DNA of 50,881 bases, taken from assembly GCA_043803945.1 (NCBI GenBank), contig JAZDJN010000019.1, positions 1 to 50,881 on the forward strand, written 5' to 3'. The notes under the pieces were generated by a model. It was not told the origin of the DNA, searched no databases, and was given only the letters and a program-made list of their open reading frames with translations. Shown in pieces: positions 26,545 to 35,886 of this stretch (position 1 is the stretch's first letter; each line of letters begins with the position of its first letter). The translations under genes were made by a program, and so were the position numbers. This stretch comes from a bacterium. Lineage in GTDB: Bacteria; Bacteroidota; Ignavibacteria; UBA10030.

Positions 26545-27633
26545 TTAGTCGATTTTTTTAACCGGTTTTTCCAGGACTTCGTTACCTTCGGCAAGTCCGG
26601 AAATCACCTCAATATTAATAGCATCACTGAGTCCGGTCTTGATGCAAATCTCCTTGCCCTCCGTTCCGTTCGGTACCTTCACAAATGTTGAATCGTTACG
26701 GAAGGTTACCACACGTTCGGGTATGGTGAGCACGTTTAGTTTTTTCTGAATGATGATATTGGCGTTTGCAGAATACCCTGCGCGGAGCAGTGTATTCTTC
26801 GTCGTTGGTATAAGAATTTCAATAGGAAACACAGTTGCATTATCTTTCTTCTCCGCTTTCAGCCAGATCTTCCTCAGGAATCCTTTTACCGTATCACTTG
26901 GTAACGCCCCAACTTTGATTTCGACATCCATGCCCTCTTTCATCTTTCCAACATCGATCTCATCGACCATGCCTTTGAAGATCAGGCGTTGCATATTTGC
27001 CATCTTCATCAGGACTGTTCCTTCTTGAAAGCTCGATAGAGGGGTCACAGGATCGCCGACTTCGATCGTCCTGCTTAGCACATACCCATCGATCGGAGCT
27101 TTGATGACCGATTCAATATGTGTGTCGCCGATGGTTACCTGTCCGCTCTCCATGAGCGCCAGTTTTTCATTGGTGATTTTCAACCGTAACTCAGCCTCAT
27201 CATAGCGCTTCTGAAAATCTTCGTACTCTTTTTCCGAAATGAGTTTTCCTTTGTAGAGTGCCTCTTGCCGGACCCGTTCTTTCTTCAGATTGCCCAGATC
27301 GACTTCGGTAAGCTGGACCTGTCGTTTCGCGTCTGCCAATTCCAGCGGTGTCGGGTCAGGTTTGACCTCGAGCAGCGGTTGGCCTGCTTTCACATAGACA
27401 CCAACATCGACAAAGATCCGGTTCACGACACCGGAGACTTTCGACTTCACCGAGATCTCAAACTCAGGTTCAATTGTTCCCACGGCAAGCGCTTTATCAA
27501 TAACATCGTGGCGCTCCACTTTCACTTTCGGGAGAGCGCCGTTCTCGGAGGATTTGGAATTACCAAAGAGAAGAAATGCTGTCACTGCAAGAACGATGAC
27601 GACAGCCGATGAGATAAAAATTTTCTTTTTCAT
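26545..27633 (-). CDS. Efflux periplasmic adaptor (MacA/HlyD-like membrane fusion protein)
   Basis: N-terminal anchor, VKSKVSGVV..VKAGQPL, IKAPIDG, VDEIDVGKMKEG. Confidence 0.95.
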   Translation of the reverse strand: MKKKIFISSAVVIVLAVTAFLLFGNSKSSENGALPKVKVERHDVIDKALAVGTIEPEFEISVKSKVSGVVNRIFVDVGVYVKAGQPLLEVKPDPTPLELADAKRQVQLTEVDLGNLKKERVRQEALYKGKLISEKEYEDFQKRYDEAELRLKITNEKLALMESGQVTIGDTHIESVIKAPIDGYVLSRTIEVGDPVTPLSSFQEGTVLMKMANMQRLIFKGMVDEIDVGKMKEGMDVEIKVGALPSDTVKGFLRKIWLKAEKKDNATVFPIEILIPTTKNTLLRAGYSANANIIIQKKLNVLTIPERVVTFRNDSTFVKVPNGTEGKEICIKTGLSDAINIEVISGLAEGNEVLEKPVKKID

Positions 27634-27688
27634 GGGAGAACCCTCGCGTTAGATCAAAAGAAAGAGAAGAGAAACCATCTGAGTTAAA

Positions 27689-27715
27689 TTACGTGGAGAG
27701 CGGAGTAAATGTTGC
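27689..27715 (-). promoter_or_regulatory. Putative ECF sigma promoter for the efflux operon
   Basis: Minus strand GCAAC-17 nt-CGTAA; a second TGCAAC...GTCTGA lies at 27887-27916. Confidence 0.45.
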
Positions 27716-28003
27716 GTGCAACTTTGATTACTTTTTAAATCACAAGAGTCTTGCATCTTTAAATCTAAAGGGTGTCGCCGACCCACCGTGACGCAACAAA
27801 TCCGAATTTTTCAGTGCGATAGATGGTGTTTCTAACCCGATTTACTTGGCATCCGATCAGAGTAATTCCCTGAGGTTTATCTAATATCAGACTACAGGAT
27901 GGGAGAAAAGGTTGCAGGGGGGAGGACTGTTAGTAACTGAAGATGCGGAACAGTCACTCTTTTTAAGACTCGCTCAGGGAATGACATCAGTTTTAAGCTA
28001 GAG

Positions 28004-28864
28004 CTACCGAGATACCGATGCCCCAAGGCGAGTGGCAAATGCCTGGACTTTTTGTAGATACTCGTTTCCGCCAATGAAGTACGTATCGTTATGATCCGCA
28101 CCTTCGATGATGTAGAATTCTTTCGGTTCGTTCGCTGAAGCATATAACTTTCTCCCAAGAGAGAAAGGAATAACCGAGTCGTGATTGCCATGCATCGCTA
28201 AGAGCGGTACGTGAACCTGAGGGATTTTATCAATGGAGTTGAGTTTGGTGTGAAGTGTAAGATAGACGGGGAGGAAGGGATATGCCGCCTTCGCCACATC
28301 GCGCGCTGAGCTGAAAGCCGATTCGAGAATCAACCCGGCCGCTTTTCGATGAAGAGCTACATCAACTGCAACGGCGCCGCCCAGGCTCGTTCCCCACAGA
28401 ATTATCTTGTTCGAATCGACTCCCTTCAACATCAAGGTATGATCGTACGCGGCGCGTCCATCGGCATAGATGCCCTCTTCCGAGGGACTCCCTTCGCTTC
28501 TACCGTATCCGCGGTAATCGTACATCATGACATTAAAACCAGCCCGTTGATAGCCTTTCAACAGGATGAGGCGGTGTGCGATATTCCCGGCATTGCCATG
28601 GGAAATGATCAACGTCGCACGCGGACTGTCCGCAGGGAGATACCATCCATGGAGTTTAATCCCATCCTCTGCTGTAAACCAGCAATCCTGCAGACCGGGG
28701 ACCGTTGCGGCAGGAACATACTCGGATTGGCTATACGATGAAGGGAAATAGATGAATTTGTTTTCGAAAATCATAGCAAGTGTTGTCCAAAAAAGAATTG
28801 CGAAAACTGCTGCAAAGAGGATCTGACGTACAATCCGAAGCGATTGTTGAGCAATTCTCTTCAT
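28004..28864 (-). CDS. Alpha/beta hydrolase (ABHD13/BEM46-like)
   Basis: HGNAGNI, DYRGYGRSEG, WGTSLGG, HGNHDSVIP, GADHND. Confidence 0.95.
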   Translation of the reverse strand: MKRIAQQSLRIVRQILFAAVFAILFWTTLAMIFENKFIYFPSSYSQSEYVPAATVPGLQDCWFTAEDGIKLHGWYLPADSPRATLIISHGNAGNIAHRLILLKGYQRAGFNVMMYDYRGYGRSEGSPSEEGIYADGRAAYDHTLMLKGVDSNKIILWGTSLGGAVAVDVALHRKAAGLILESAFSSARDVAKAAYPFLPVYLTLHTKLNSIDKIPQVHVPLLAMHGNHDSVIPFSLGRKLYASANEPKEFYIIEGADHNDTYFIGGNEYLQKVQAFATRLGASVSR

Positions 28865-28926
28865 TGGGCCCTCCAATCAGAGAAATTCAAAGGAGCCACA
28901 GCGAAACAGCGGGCTTTCCGGATCCG

Positions 28927-29358
28927 TTATTTTGTATTGAAGTCGTTGTATGCGACTGAGGAGGTGTAGTACTCGTCGCTGAGTCCGCCAAAACTATGGC
29001 CGAGTTCATGGACGAAGACATAATCCATGTGAATTCCTGCAAGCGCTTCATCGGTGGTCTGCCACTCATTGAACAGCGACGAGTAACCCTGGGAGAAGAT
29101 GAGTATGTTAGAAGCGAGGTCGTACCCCCGAACCATAAACTCACCCAGTTTTAAGGGATCGGAGAGGTGGTTCCGTGTCCCCGACCAGATACTTTCCTCA
29201 TACACCTTATCAAGGCTGATTGTTTCTTCACCGTTGGTGCCGGTGTGGTAATAATCCACCCGCATCGTCTTATTAACGAAGTACCGATCAAAGTGCTGTG
29301 CAGAACACCATGCAATTGCCAGTGTTAAGAGTATCGCTGTAATCATGAAACGTTTCAT
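28927..29358 (-). pseudogene. Remnant of an M64 (IgA peptidase-like) metallopeptidase
   Basis: The N-terminal domain (FDRYF..KTMRVDYYHTG...SSLFNEWQTTDEA) abuts HELGHSFGGLSDEYY directly, and the ORF stops shortly afterwards. Confidence 0.7.
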
Positions 29359-29389
29359 AGAGCGCCTCATCGATGAGTAGCGTAATCAA

Positions 29390-29980
29390 TTACTTTCGGG
29401 AAGCTGAGATGACAATAATCGGGACTGAAGGAACATCCCGGAAACTCTCTTTACTCTCTGTTGGTACGGCTGCCATTTTATCGATAACATCCATTCCCTG
29501 CAGTACTTTTCCAAAAACGGCGTATCCGGCTTGTCCGGGAGAGTAATCGAGCCGTGCATTATTGCCATAGTTGATGAAGAATTGTGATGTCGCACTGTTC
29601 GGATCGGGTGTGCGTGCCATTGCGGCAGTTCCGCGCTGGTTCGACAATCCGTTGTTTGATTCATTGATAATTGGGGGAAAGGTCGGTCTTCGTTTCAGGC
29701 TTCGGTCGAATCCGCCGCCCTGGGCCATGAAACCAGAGATGACGCGATGGAAGATCGTGCCGTTATAATACCCGCTATCGGCATAAGCGAGAAAATTTTT
29801 CACTGTGACAGGTGCTTCTTTTTCGAAGAGGAGAATTGTAAAGTCACCAAGTGTCGTTTTGAATACCACCTGGAGAGAATCCTTTTTAATCGGTGCGCCG
29901 GGAATTTGTTGTCCCTGAGCGAATGAAAGAATTGGAAGGGCTATGAGAAGAACGAACAGCATGACTGACAAGAATTTCAT
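29390..29980 (-). CDS. ppiA: Periplasmic cyclophilin-type peptidyl-prolyl isomerase
   Basis: FHRVISGFMAQGGG, AMARTPDPNSATSQFFIN, YAVFGKV; signal peptide. Confidence 0.93.
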   Translation of the reverse strand: MKFLSVMLFVLLIALPILSFAQGQQIPGAPIKKDSLQVVFKTTLGDFTILLFEKEAPVTVKNFLAYADSGYYNGTIFHRVISGFMAQGGGFDRSLKRRPTFPPIINESNNGLSNQRGTAAMARTPDPNSATSQFFINYGNNARLDYSPGQAGYAVFGKVLQGMDVIDKMAAVPTESKESFRDVPSVPIIVISASRK

Positions 29981-30133
29981 AAAAGCTACTCCAGTGAAAG
30001 TAAGGGTGATTTGGATTTAGGTCAAATGGTGATGGTGTTTGAATTTTCTGGGAATTATGAGTGCTTCGCCGTCATCGTCTCTGTGGTTTGATGTTGTGTC
30101 TCCACGTTTCGATCACACCTCACATGTGATGAT

Positions 30134-30610
30134 TCAATTTTCCAGGAGGTTCCAGGCCCGTCGAACAATGCGGGTGCCGGCAAACAATAATGCACATCCC
30201 ATGGTGAAATAGGGAACAGCCAGATACGATTTTGAAACTGGAAGCTGACGGAGTGTGATGCCGAGCGTTATCATAAGAGCGATGGTCGCATACCCCCGCC
30301 AGGACGTAAAAGCAAAGATACAGACTGATTCGGGAAGAGCATGGATTCGCCGGATGTTTTGTTCGAGCAAATTAATGAAGAGACGGTGATAGAAAATCCA
30401 TCCGATAATTGCCCCCGCACATCCGAACAGATATTCCCAGAACAGCGGGAGAAGTTGCAACCAGGCAATTCCTCTTGCGCAAAGCACCCCTCCGGCAATA
30501 CTCCACAGAAAACCCGCAATGAAGACAAGCCAGTTGCGCGGCACGGCGGGGTGAAAAGCTTTCCAAAACGGTCTCTGTTTTGTTTCGTTGCTATCGAGGA
30601 GGCTGATCAT
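30134..30610 (-). CDS. Hypothetical membrane protein
   Basis: 158 aa with about 4 hydrophobic segments; co-oriented downstream of ahcY. Confidence 0.7.
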   Translation of the reverse strand: MISLLDSNETKQRPFWKAFHPAVPRNWLVFIAGFLWSIAGGVLCARGIAWLQLLPLFWEYLFGCAGAIIGWIFYHRLFINLLEQNIRRIHALPESVCIFAFTSWRGYATIALMITLGITLRQLPVSKSYLAVPYFTMGCALLFAGTRIVRRAWNLLEN

Positions 30611-30693
30611 AGATGTATGTTGAGAAAGTAAAAGGGCATCTGGAGTTTCCAGACGCCCTACTCCATCATTCTGATCGTGGAGTCACAGAGTTG

Positions 30694-31971
30694 CTATGTT
30701 CCTGCCGAATAATCCGACATGTACTTAACTTGCTCCGAGGTAAGCTTGTCAATCGAGTAACCCATTGTCTTGATCTTCAGGCCCGCTATCTCCTGATCCT
30801 GTTCAGTTGGGATGTCGTAGACTTTATTCTCAAACCGCTTTCCTTTCCTGAACTGTTCGGCAAGCCGGAGCTGCGACATAAACTGATTGGCGAACGACAT
30901 ATCCATCACTTCAGAGGGATGCCCCTCAGCGGCAGCGAGATTCACAAGACGCCCCTGTGCGAGCAGGTAGATGCGGCGCCCGTTTTGCAGCGTGTATTCC
31001 TCGTTGTCTTTTCTCACTTCCCGGACACTCTTGGAAAGCTTCTGCAGGTCGGTGATGTTTACTTCACAATCGTAGTGGCCGGTGTTGCACACCACGGTTC
31101 CATCACGCATCGATTTGAAATGCCGCTCCACGATCACGTCCTTGACGCCTGTAGCGGTCACAAAGATATCGCCGATCTTGGCAGCGTCGTCCATCTTCAT
31201 GACACGGAGTCCCTCAAGGGTCGCCTTCAGGGCAGTAGTGGGCTTCACTTCGGTGATGATAACATTGGCGCCAAGTCCTTTCGCGCGCAGTGCAACGCCG
31301 CGGCCGCAATGGCCGAATCCGGCAACGACAAAGTTCTTGCCGGCAAAGAGAATGCTTGTTGCTCTCAGGATACCATCGAGAGTGGATTGACCCGTGCCGT
31401 ACACGTTGTCGAAATCCCATTTTGTCTCTGCATCGTTCACGGCAATGACCGGATATTTCAGAGCACCGTCATGAGCCATTGCACGAAGGCGATGAACACC
31501 CGTGGTGGTCTCTTCTGTTCCGCCGATCATATTCGGAATCAGTTCCTGATGCTTGTTGTGTACGGTGAAGATGAGATCCGCACCATCGTCCAGCGTAAGG
31601 TTCGGTTTAAATTTCAACGTCTCCTCGATGCACCAGTAGAACTCTTTCACGTTCATTCCATGCCAGGCGAAGATAGACATGCCTTCGGCGGCAAGTGCGG
31701 CAGCAACATCATCCTGTGTGGAAAGTGGATTGCAGCCGCTCCAGCTCACTTCTGCACCTGCCTCAACAAAGGTCTTCACAAGAACGGCAGTCTCTTTTGT
31801 GACATGCAAACAGCCTGCAATTTTGAATCCCTTGAGTGGCTTGGTTGTGCTGTACTTTTCACGCAGTGCCATGAGAACGGGCATCCGAGATTCAGCCCAT
31901 TCGATGCGAAGTTTGCCCGCTTTGGCAAGTTTCAAATCCTTTACCTTGAAAACTCCTTTTTTCTCATTCAT
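30694..31971 (-). CDS. ahcY: Adenosylhomocysteinase
   Basis: GCLHVTKET, CNPLSTQD, LDDGAD, EETTTGV, FDNVYGTGQS, GRLVNLAAAEGHP. Confidence 0.98.
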   Translation of the reverse strand: MNEKKGVFKVKDLKLAKAGKLRIEWAESRMPVLMALREKYSTTKPLKGFKIAGCLHVTKETAVLVKTFVEAGAEVSWSGCNPLSTQDDVAAALAAEGMSIFAWHGMNVKEFYWCIEETLKFKPNLTLDDGADLIFTVHNKHQELIPNMIGGTEETTTGVHRLRAMAHDGALKYPVIAVNDAETKWDFDNVYGTGQSTLDGILRATSILFAGKNFVVAGFGHCGRGVALRAKGLGANVIITEVKPTTALKATLEGLRVMKMDDAAKIGDIFVTATGVKDVIVERHFKSMRDGTVVCNTGHYDCEVNITDLQKLSKSVREVRKDNEEYTLQNGRRIYLLAQGRLVNLAAAEGHPSEVMDMSFANQFMSQLRLAEQFRKGKRFENKVYDIPTEQDQEIAGLKIKTMGYSIDKLTSEQVKYMSDYSAGT

Positions 31972-32033
31972 ACTTATTCTCTATTTCAGTCCTATGAATT
32001 ATTTTGATTTTCTATTAATCTGTTTTCGTTTTG

Positions 32034-32097
32034 TTCTTCGCGTCCTTTGTGTCCTTCCCGCCTGCCCATAAAGATTCTTCGCGGCGCAGGTGTGGTT
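32034..32097. repeat. Single repeat arm with a 34-bp nested insertion (32057-32090)
   Basis: Removing the insertion gives a 27/30 match to 50774-50803. Confidence 0.8.
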
Positions 32098-32133
32098 GGT
32101 CTTTTCGCCAAAGCGTCCAGGGGACAGCGAATA

Positions 32134-33276
32134 TTATTTCACTGCGCTCTGCAACGCTTTCACAAGGTCAAGTTTCTCCCAGGTGAATTCCGGTTCCATC
32201 CGGCCAAAATGTCCATAGGCCGCAGTCTTGCGATAAATTGGCCTCAGGAGGTTCAGCCGCTTGATAATGCCTCGCGGCGTCATATCAACTTCCTTCCTGA
32301 TGATCTCTTCTATTTCATGATCCGGCACGATGCCAGTTCCGAAGGTCTGAACGTTGATAGAGACAGGTTCAGCAACACCGATCGCATACGCAACCTGAAT
32401 CTGGCATTCAGACGCGAAGCCGGCTGCCACGATATTTTTTGCCAGGTGGCGTGATGCATAGGCGGCGCTCCGATCGACCTTTGTCGGGTCTTTTCCGGAA
32501 AATGCCCCACCGCCATGAGGTGCCCGTCCGCCGTAAGTATCAACAATAATTTTTCTTCCCGTCAGGCCGCTATCGCCGTGGGGGCCGCCGATTTCGAATC
32601 GACCGGTTGGATTGACAAAGTAGCGTGTCTTCTTGTCGAGGAGGTGTACAGGAATAATCTCCTTTACAACATGCTGAATGACATCCTCGCGGATTTTTTT
32701 CTGAGAGGCATCGGGCGAATGCTGGGTGGAGACGACGACGGTATCGATTCGCTTCACGCGTTTGCCGTCATATTCGACAGTGACCTGCGATTTGGCATCG
32801 GGCCTCAAATATGGCATCTGGCGCGGATGGTTTTTTCGGATATCGGCCAAACGATGGACAAGCTGGTGAGCATACGTAATGGGCATCGGCATTAATTCCG
32901 GAGTCTCGCTGCAAGCATAGCCAAACATCATGCCCTGATCACCGGCACCTCCGGTGTCGACACCACGGGCGATATCGGCTGACTGTGCATGAAGTGCTGA
33001 GAGAATTCCGCATGAATCAGCGTCAAATCCGATGCCTGCTTCAGAATATCCTATCTCACGAACGACTGTCCGCACTGTTTTTTGAACGTCGACGTAGCCC
33101 TTTGTTGTTACTTCACCGCCAACGACAACCAGGCCGGTTGTGACAAAAGTTTCACAGGCAACACGCGAATATTTGTCCTGAGCAATCAACGTATCCAGAA
33201 CGGCGTCGGAAATCTGATCGCAGACTTTATCCGGATGACCTTCTGACACAGATTCAGAAGTAAACAGAGATCTCAT
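32134..33276 (-). CDS. metK: S-adenosylmethionine synthetase
   Basis: [35 protein letters not shown]. Confidence 0.99.
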   Translation of the reverse strand: MRSLFTSESVSEGHPDKVCDQISDAVLDTLIAQDKYSRVACETFVTTGLVVVGGEVTTKGYVDVQKTVRTVVREIGYSEAGIGFDADSCGILSALHAQSADIARGVDTGGAGDQGMMFGYACSETPELMPMPITYAHQLVHRLADIRKNHPRQMPYLRPDAKSQVTVEYDGKRVKRIDTVVVSTQHSPDASQKKIREDVIQHVVKEIIPVHLLDKKTRYFVNPTGRFEIGGPHGDSGLTGRKIIVDTYGGRAPHGGGAFSGKDPTKVDRSAAYASRHLAKNIVAAGFASECQIQVAYAIGVAEPVSINVQTFGTGIVPDHEIEEIIRKEVDMTPRGIIKRLNLLRPIYRKTAAYGHFGRMEPEFTWEKLDLVKALQSAVK

Positions 33277-33343
33277 GCTTTCTCCTTGCTAACAGTAAAT
33301 GATCATAGACGGTTCATTCTGCATGAACCTGATTTTGCGACAC

Positions 33344-33351
33344 CAAAGATA
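33344..33351 (-). promoter_or_regulatory. Bacteroidota-type -7 promoter element for metK
   Basis: TATCTTTG (TAnnTTTG) about 70 nt upstream of the ATG. Confidence 0.45.
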
Positions 33352-33496
33352 GGAAAGAAATCACTAAAAATAAAGAATTCCCTCAACGAGAGATACGGTA
33401 TTGTATTGGAGTCAGCGAGATGGTGAATTTATCAAGATGGGGGCATTTCTTGCTTCTCCAAGCTCATTTCAGTATTATGCCATAAACATTCTAACG

Positions 33497-34570
33497 ATGA
33501 AACTCACTCGTACATCATCACGAAAAAAAGAGCACGTCGAATTGGTGATCTCAAAAGACGTTGCTTTTAAAGGCAAAACCACTGGTTTTGAACGGTGGGA
33601 TTTTGTTCATAACGCTCTTCCTGAATTCAATTTCGCAGATGTTGATACGACGTCGACCTTCCTCGGAAAGAAGATCGCTCTTCCGCTCATAATTTCAAGC
33701 ATGACAGGCGGATATGGGGATGCTGAGAGAATTAACCGGCAGCTTGCAGAAGTGTGTGGCGAGAAACAGCTTGCCATGGGAGTCGGCAGCCAACGGCAAG
33801 TCTTGGAGAATGAAACATATATCCAATCGTATAGGGCTGCCCGCGAGGCTGCACCGGAGATTCCCCTCATTGGAAATCTTGGAGCTGCTGAGGTTGCCAA
33901 ACTGGAGTCTGTCACCCCGATCCTGAGGCTTGCTGAGATGATCCGGGCTGATGGTTTTGCCATCCACTTGAATCCCCTGCAAGAATTTCTCCAACCGGAA
34001 GGCAGTACGGAATTTCATCATGTTTTAACAAACATTGAAATGCTGGTGAGGGAACTCGCTCTCCCTGTCATCGTCAAAGAGATTGGCGCAGGAATCTCGA
34101 TGAGTGTTGCCACTAGGCTCTTAAATGCCGGCGTCACCATCATCGATATTGCCGGTGCAGGCGGGACAAGCTGGGCAGGCGTTGAAATACTACGAAGAAC
34201 CGGCCACACAACGAAACACCGGAATGGGGCAGGGGAAAAGAACTCGTACGTTCAGGAATTCTGGGACTGGGGTATTCCCACGGTCGATGCCCTCAGACAG
34301 GTATGCAGCCTGAAGCAGCAGCATAAAGAGTTGACGATCATCGCATCAGGCGGCATCACCTGCGGAATTACGATGGCGAAATCGATCGCCTTTGGTGCCG
34401 ACCTGACCGCCTCGGCGCGCCCGATGCTGAAAGCCCTTGAAGCAAAAGGGAAGAAAGGGCTCATTGAAGTGATTCACAACTATGAGATGGGATTGCGGGG
34501 GGCAATGTTCCTTACCGGTTCGCGGACAATCCAGGACCTTCAACATCAACAGCTTGTCTTAAAAGGATAA
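33497..34570 (+). CDS. fni: Type 2 isopentenyl-diphosphate Delta-isomerase
   Basis: RKKEHV, SSMTGG, MGVGSQR, HLNPLQEFLQPEG, VKEIGAG, GAGGTSW. Confidence 0.97.
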   Translation: MKLTRTSSRKKEHVELVISKDVAFKGKTTGFERWDFVHNALPEFNFADVDTTSTFLGKKIALPLIISSMTGGYGDAERINRQLAEVCGEKQLAMGVGSQRQVLENETYIQSYRAAREAAPEIPLIGNLGAAEVAKLESVTPILRLAEMIRADGFAIHLNPLQEFLQPEGSTEFHHVLTNIEMLVRELALPVIVKEIGAGISMSVATRLLNAGVTIIDIAGAGGTSWAGVEILRRTGHTTKHRNGAGEKNSYVQEFWDWGIPTVDALRQVCSLKQQHKELTIIASGGITCGITMAKSIAFGADLTASARPMLKALEAKGKKGLIEVIHNYEMGLRGAMFLTGSRTIQDLQHQQLVLKG

Positions 34571-34579
34571 CGGCCGGGC

Positions 34580-35557
34580 ATGGATTTTTCGAAACGATAC
34601 GCGATCTATTGCAGCCGGATTGATCGTTACCTTGCCAAATGTGTGCATGAACAATATCCCGAAACGGTCTATGAACCGGTGAAGTATGTCCTTGCAGGTG
34701 GGGGAAAACGAATTCGGCCGGTGCTGGTCATTCTCTCGTGCGAAGCTGTCGGTGGAACAATGAAGCGTGCTTTGCATGCAGCGACCGCAATAGAAATTCT
34801 CCATAACTTTACTCTTGTCCATGATGATATCATGGATCATGCAAACTCCCGACGGGGAAGGCCGACGGTTCATGTCAAATGGGATTCCAATATTGCCCTG
34901 CTCAGCGGTGATGTGCTTCTGGCACTGGCATATCGGACTCTCTTAAGAACAAGATCGCCTCATATCCAAAAAATCTCAGATACCTTTACGGAAGGAGTTA
35001 TCGAGGTCTGTGAAGGTCAGGGTTATGATAAAGAATTTGAAACGTCGAAGCATGTGACCATGAATGATTATCTGCGGATGATCGGTAAGAAGACAGGAAA
35101 GTTGGTCTCGGCGTCAACCGTTATCGGAGCATTGATTGGCAATGCCAACGCGACGTACTTGCGAGCTCTCCATTACTATGGAGCCTTGGTGGGTCGTGCA
35201 TTTCAGATTCAGGACGACCTCCTGGATATCGTCGCCAACGAAGCGGAATTCGGGAAGAAGATCGGGGGCGATTTGCTGGAAGGGAAAAAGACGTTTCTTC
35301 TCCTGGCGGCTCTTCAACGCGCCAGCGGGAAGGACAAGAAACTGCTGGACGAGCTTGTGAAGAATCACGGAATCCCCGCAAGGTTGATTCCGCGTTTCCG
35401 TGAAATTTACCACAACACCGGTGCCGTCGAAATGGCACGACGACACATCCTGGGTGATATCAGGCGTGCAATGGCACAGCTCCAATTGCTGCCCTCTTCT
35501 CCAGCCCGCTCTATGCTGCAATGGTTAACGGATCGCCTCTTGAATAGAACATATTGA
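34580..35557 (+). CDS. Polyprenyl (FPP/GGPP) synthase
   Basis: GGKRIRP, HNFTLVHDDIMD..RRG, KKT, FQIQDDLLD. Confidence 0.95.
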   Translation: MDFSKRYAIYCSRIDRYLAKCVHEQYPETVYEPVKYVLAGGGKRIRPVLVILSCEAVGGTMKRALHAATAIEILHNFTLVHDDIMDHANSRRGRPTVHVKWDSNIALLSGDVLLALAYRTLLRTRSPHIQKISDTFTEGVIEVCEGQGYDKEFETSKHVTMNDYLRMIGKKTGKLVSASTVIGALIGNANATYLRALHYYGALVGRAFQIQDDLLDIVANEAEFGKKIGGDLLEGKKTFLLLAALQRASGKDKKLLDELVKNHGIPARLIPRFREIYHNTGAVEMARRHILGDIRRAMAQLQLLPSSPARSMLQWLTDRLLNRTY

Positions 35558-35578
35558 AAAGGAGTCAGCCCAACAGGT

Positions 35579-35851
35579 ATGGTTCAATGTGAAGTGACAA
35601 TTCGAAATAGAGCTGGGCTGCATACTCGACCAGCGGCAGCAATAGTAAAGCTTGCAGCAAAATTTAAATCCGAATTCTTTATCGATAAGGATAGCTTTGA
35701 AATAAATGGGAAAAGTATTATTGGTGTTATGACATTGGCAGCGGAACAGGGATCGACACTCATGCTTCGCTTTACAGGACCCGACGAACGGGACGCCAGC
35801 ACTGCCATGATTGATCTGTTTGAACGCGGTTTCGACGAACCTTTAAAGTAA
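35579..35851 (+). CDS. ptsH: HPr phosphocarrier protein
   Basis: GLHTRPAA (His15), NGKSIIGVMTL (Ser46). Confidence 0.97.
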   Translation: MVQCEVTIRNRAGLHTRPAAAIVKLAAKFKSEFFIDKDSFEINGKSIIGVMTLAAEQGSTLMLRFTGPDERDASTAMIDLFERGFDEPLK

Positions 35852-35886
35852 CATCACTTTGCAGTTAACTATACACGAGTGATCCT

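Noticed and set aside
30613-32007. 464-aa plus-strand ORF
   Set aside because: Antisense shadow of ahcY with no recognisable motifs. The same applies to 2417-3124, 11847-12395, 21456-22082 and similar ORFs.
33277-33400. SAM riboswitch upstream of metK
   Set aside because: The leader is short and lacks SAM-I/II consensus; only a small ggttcat/atgaacc hairpin is present.
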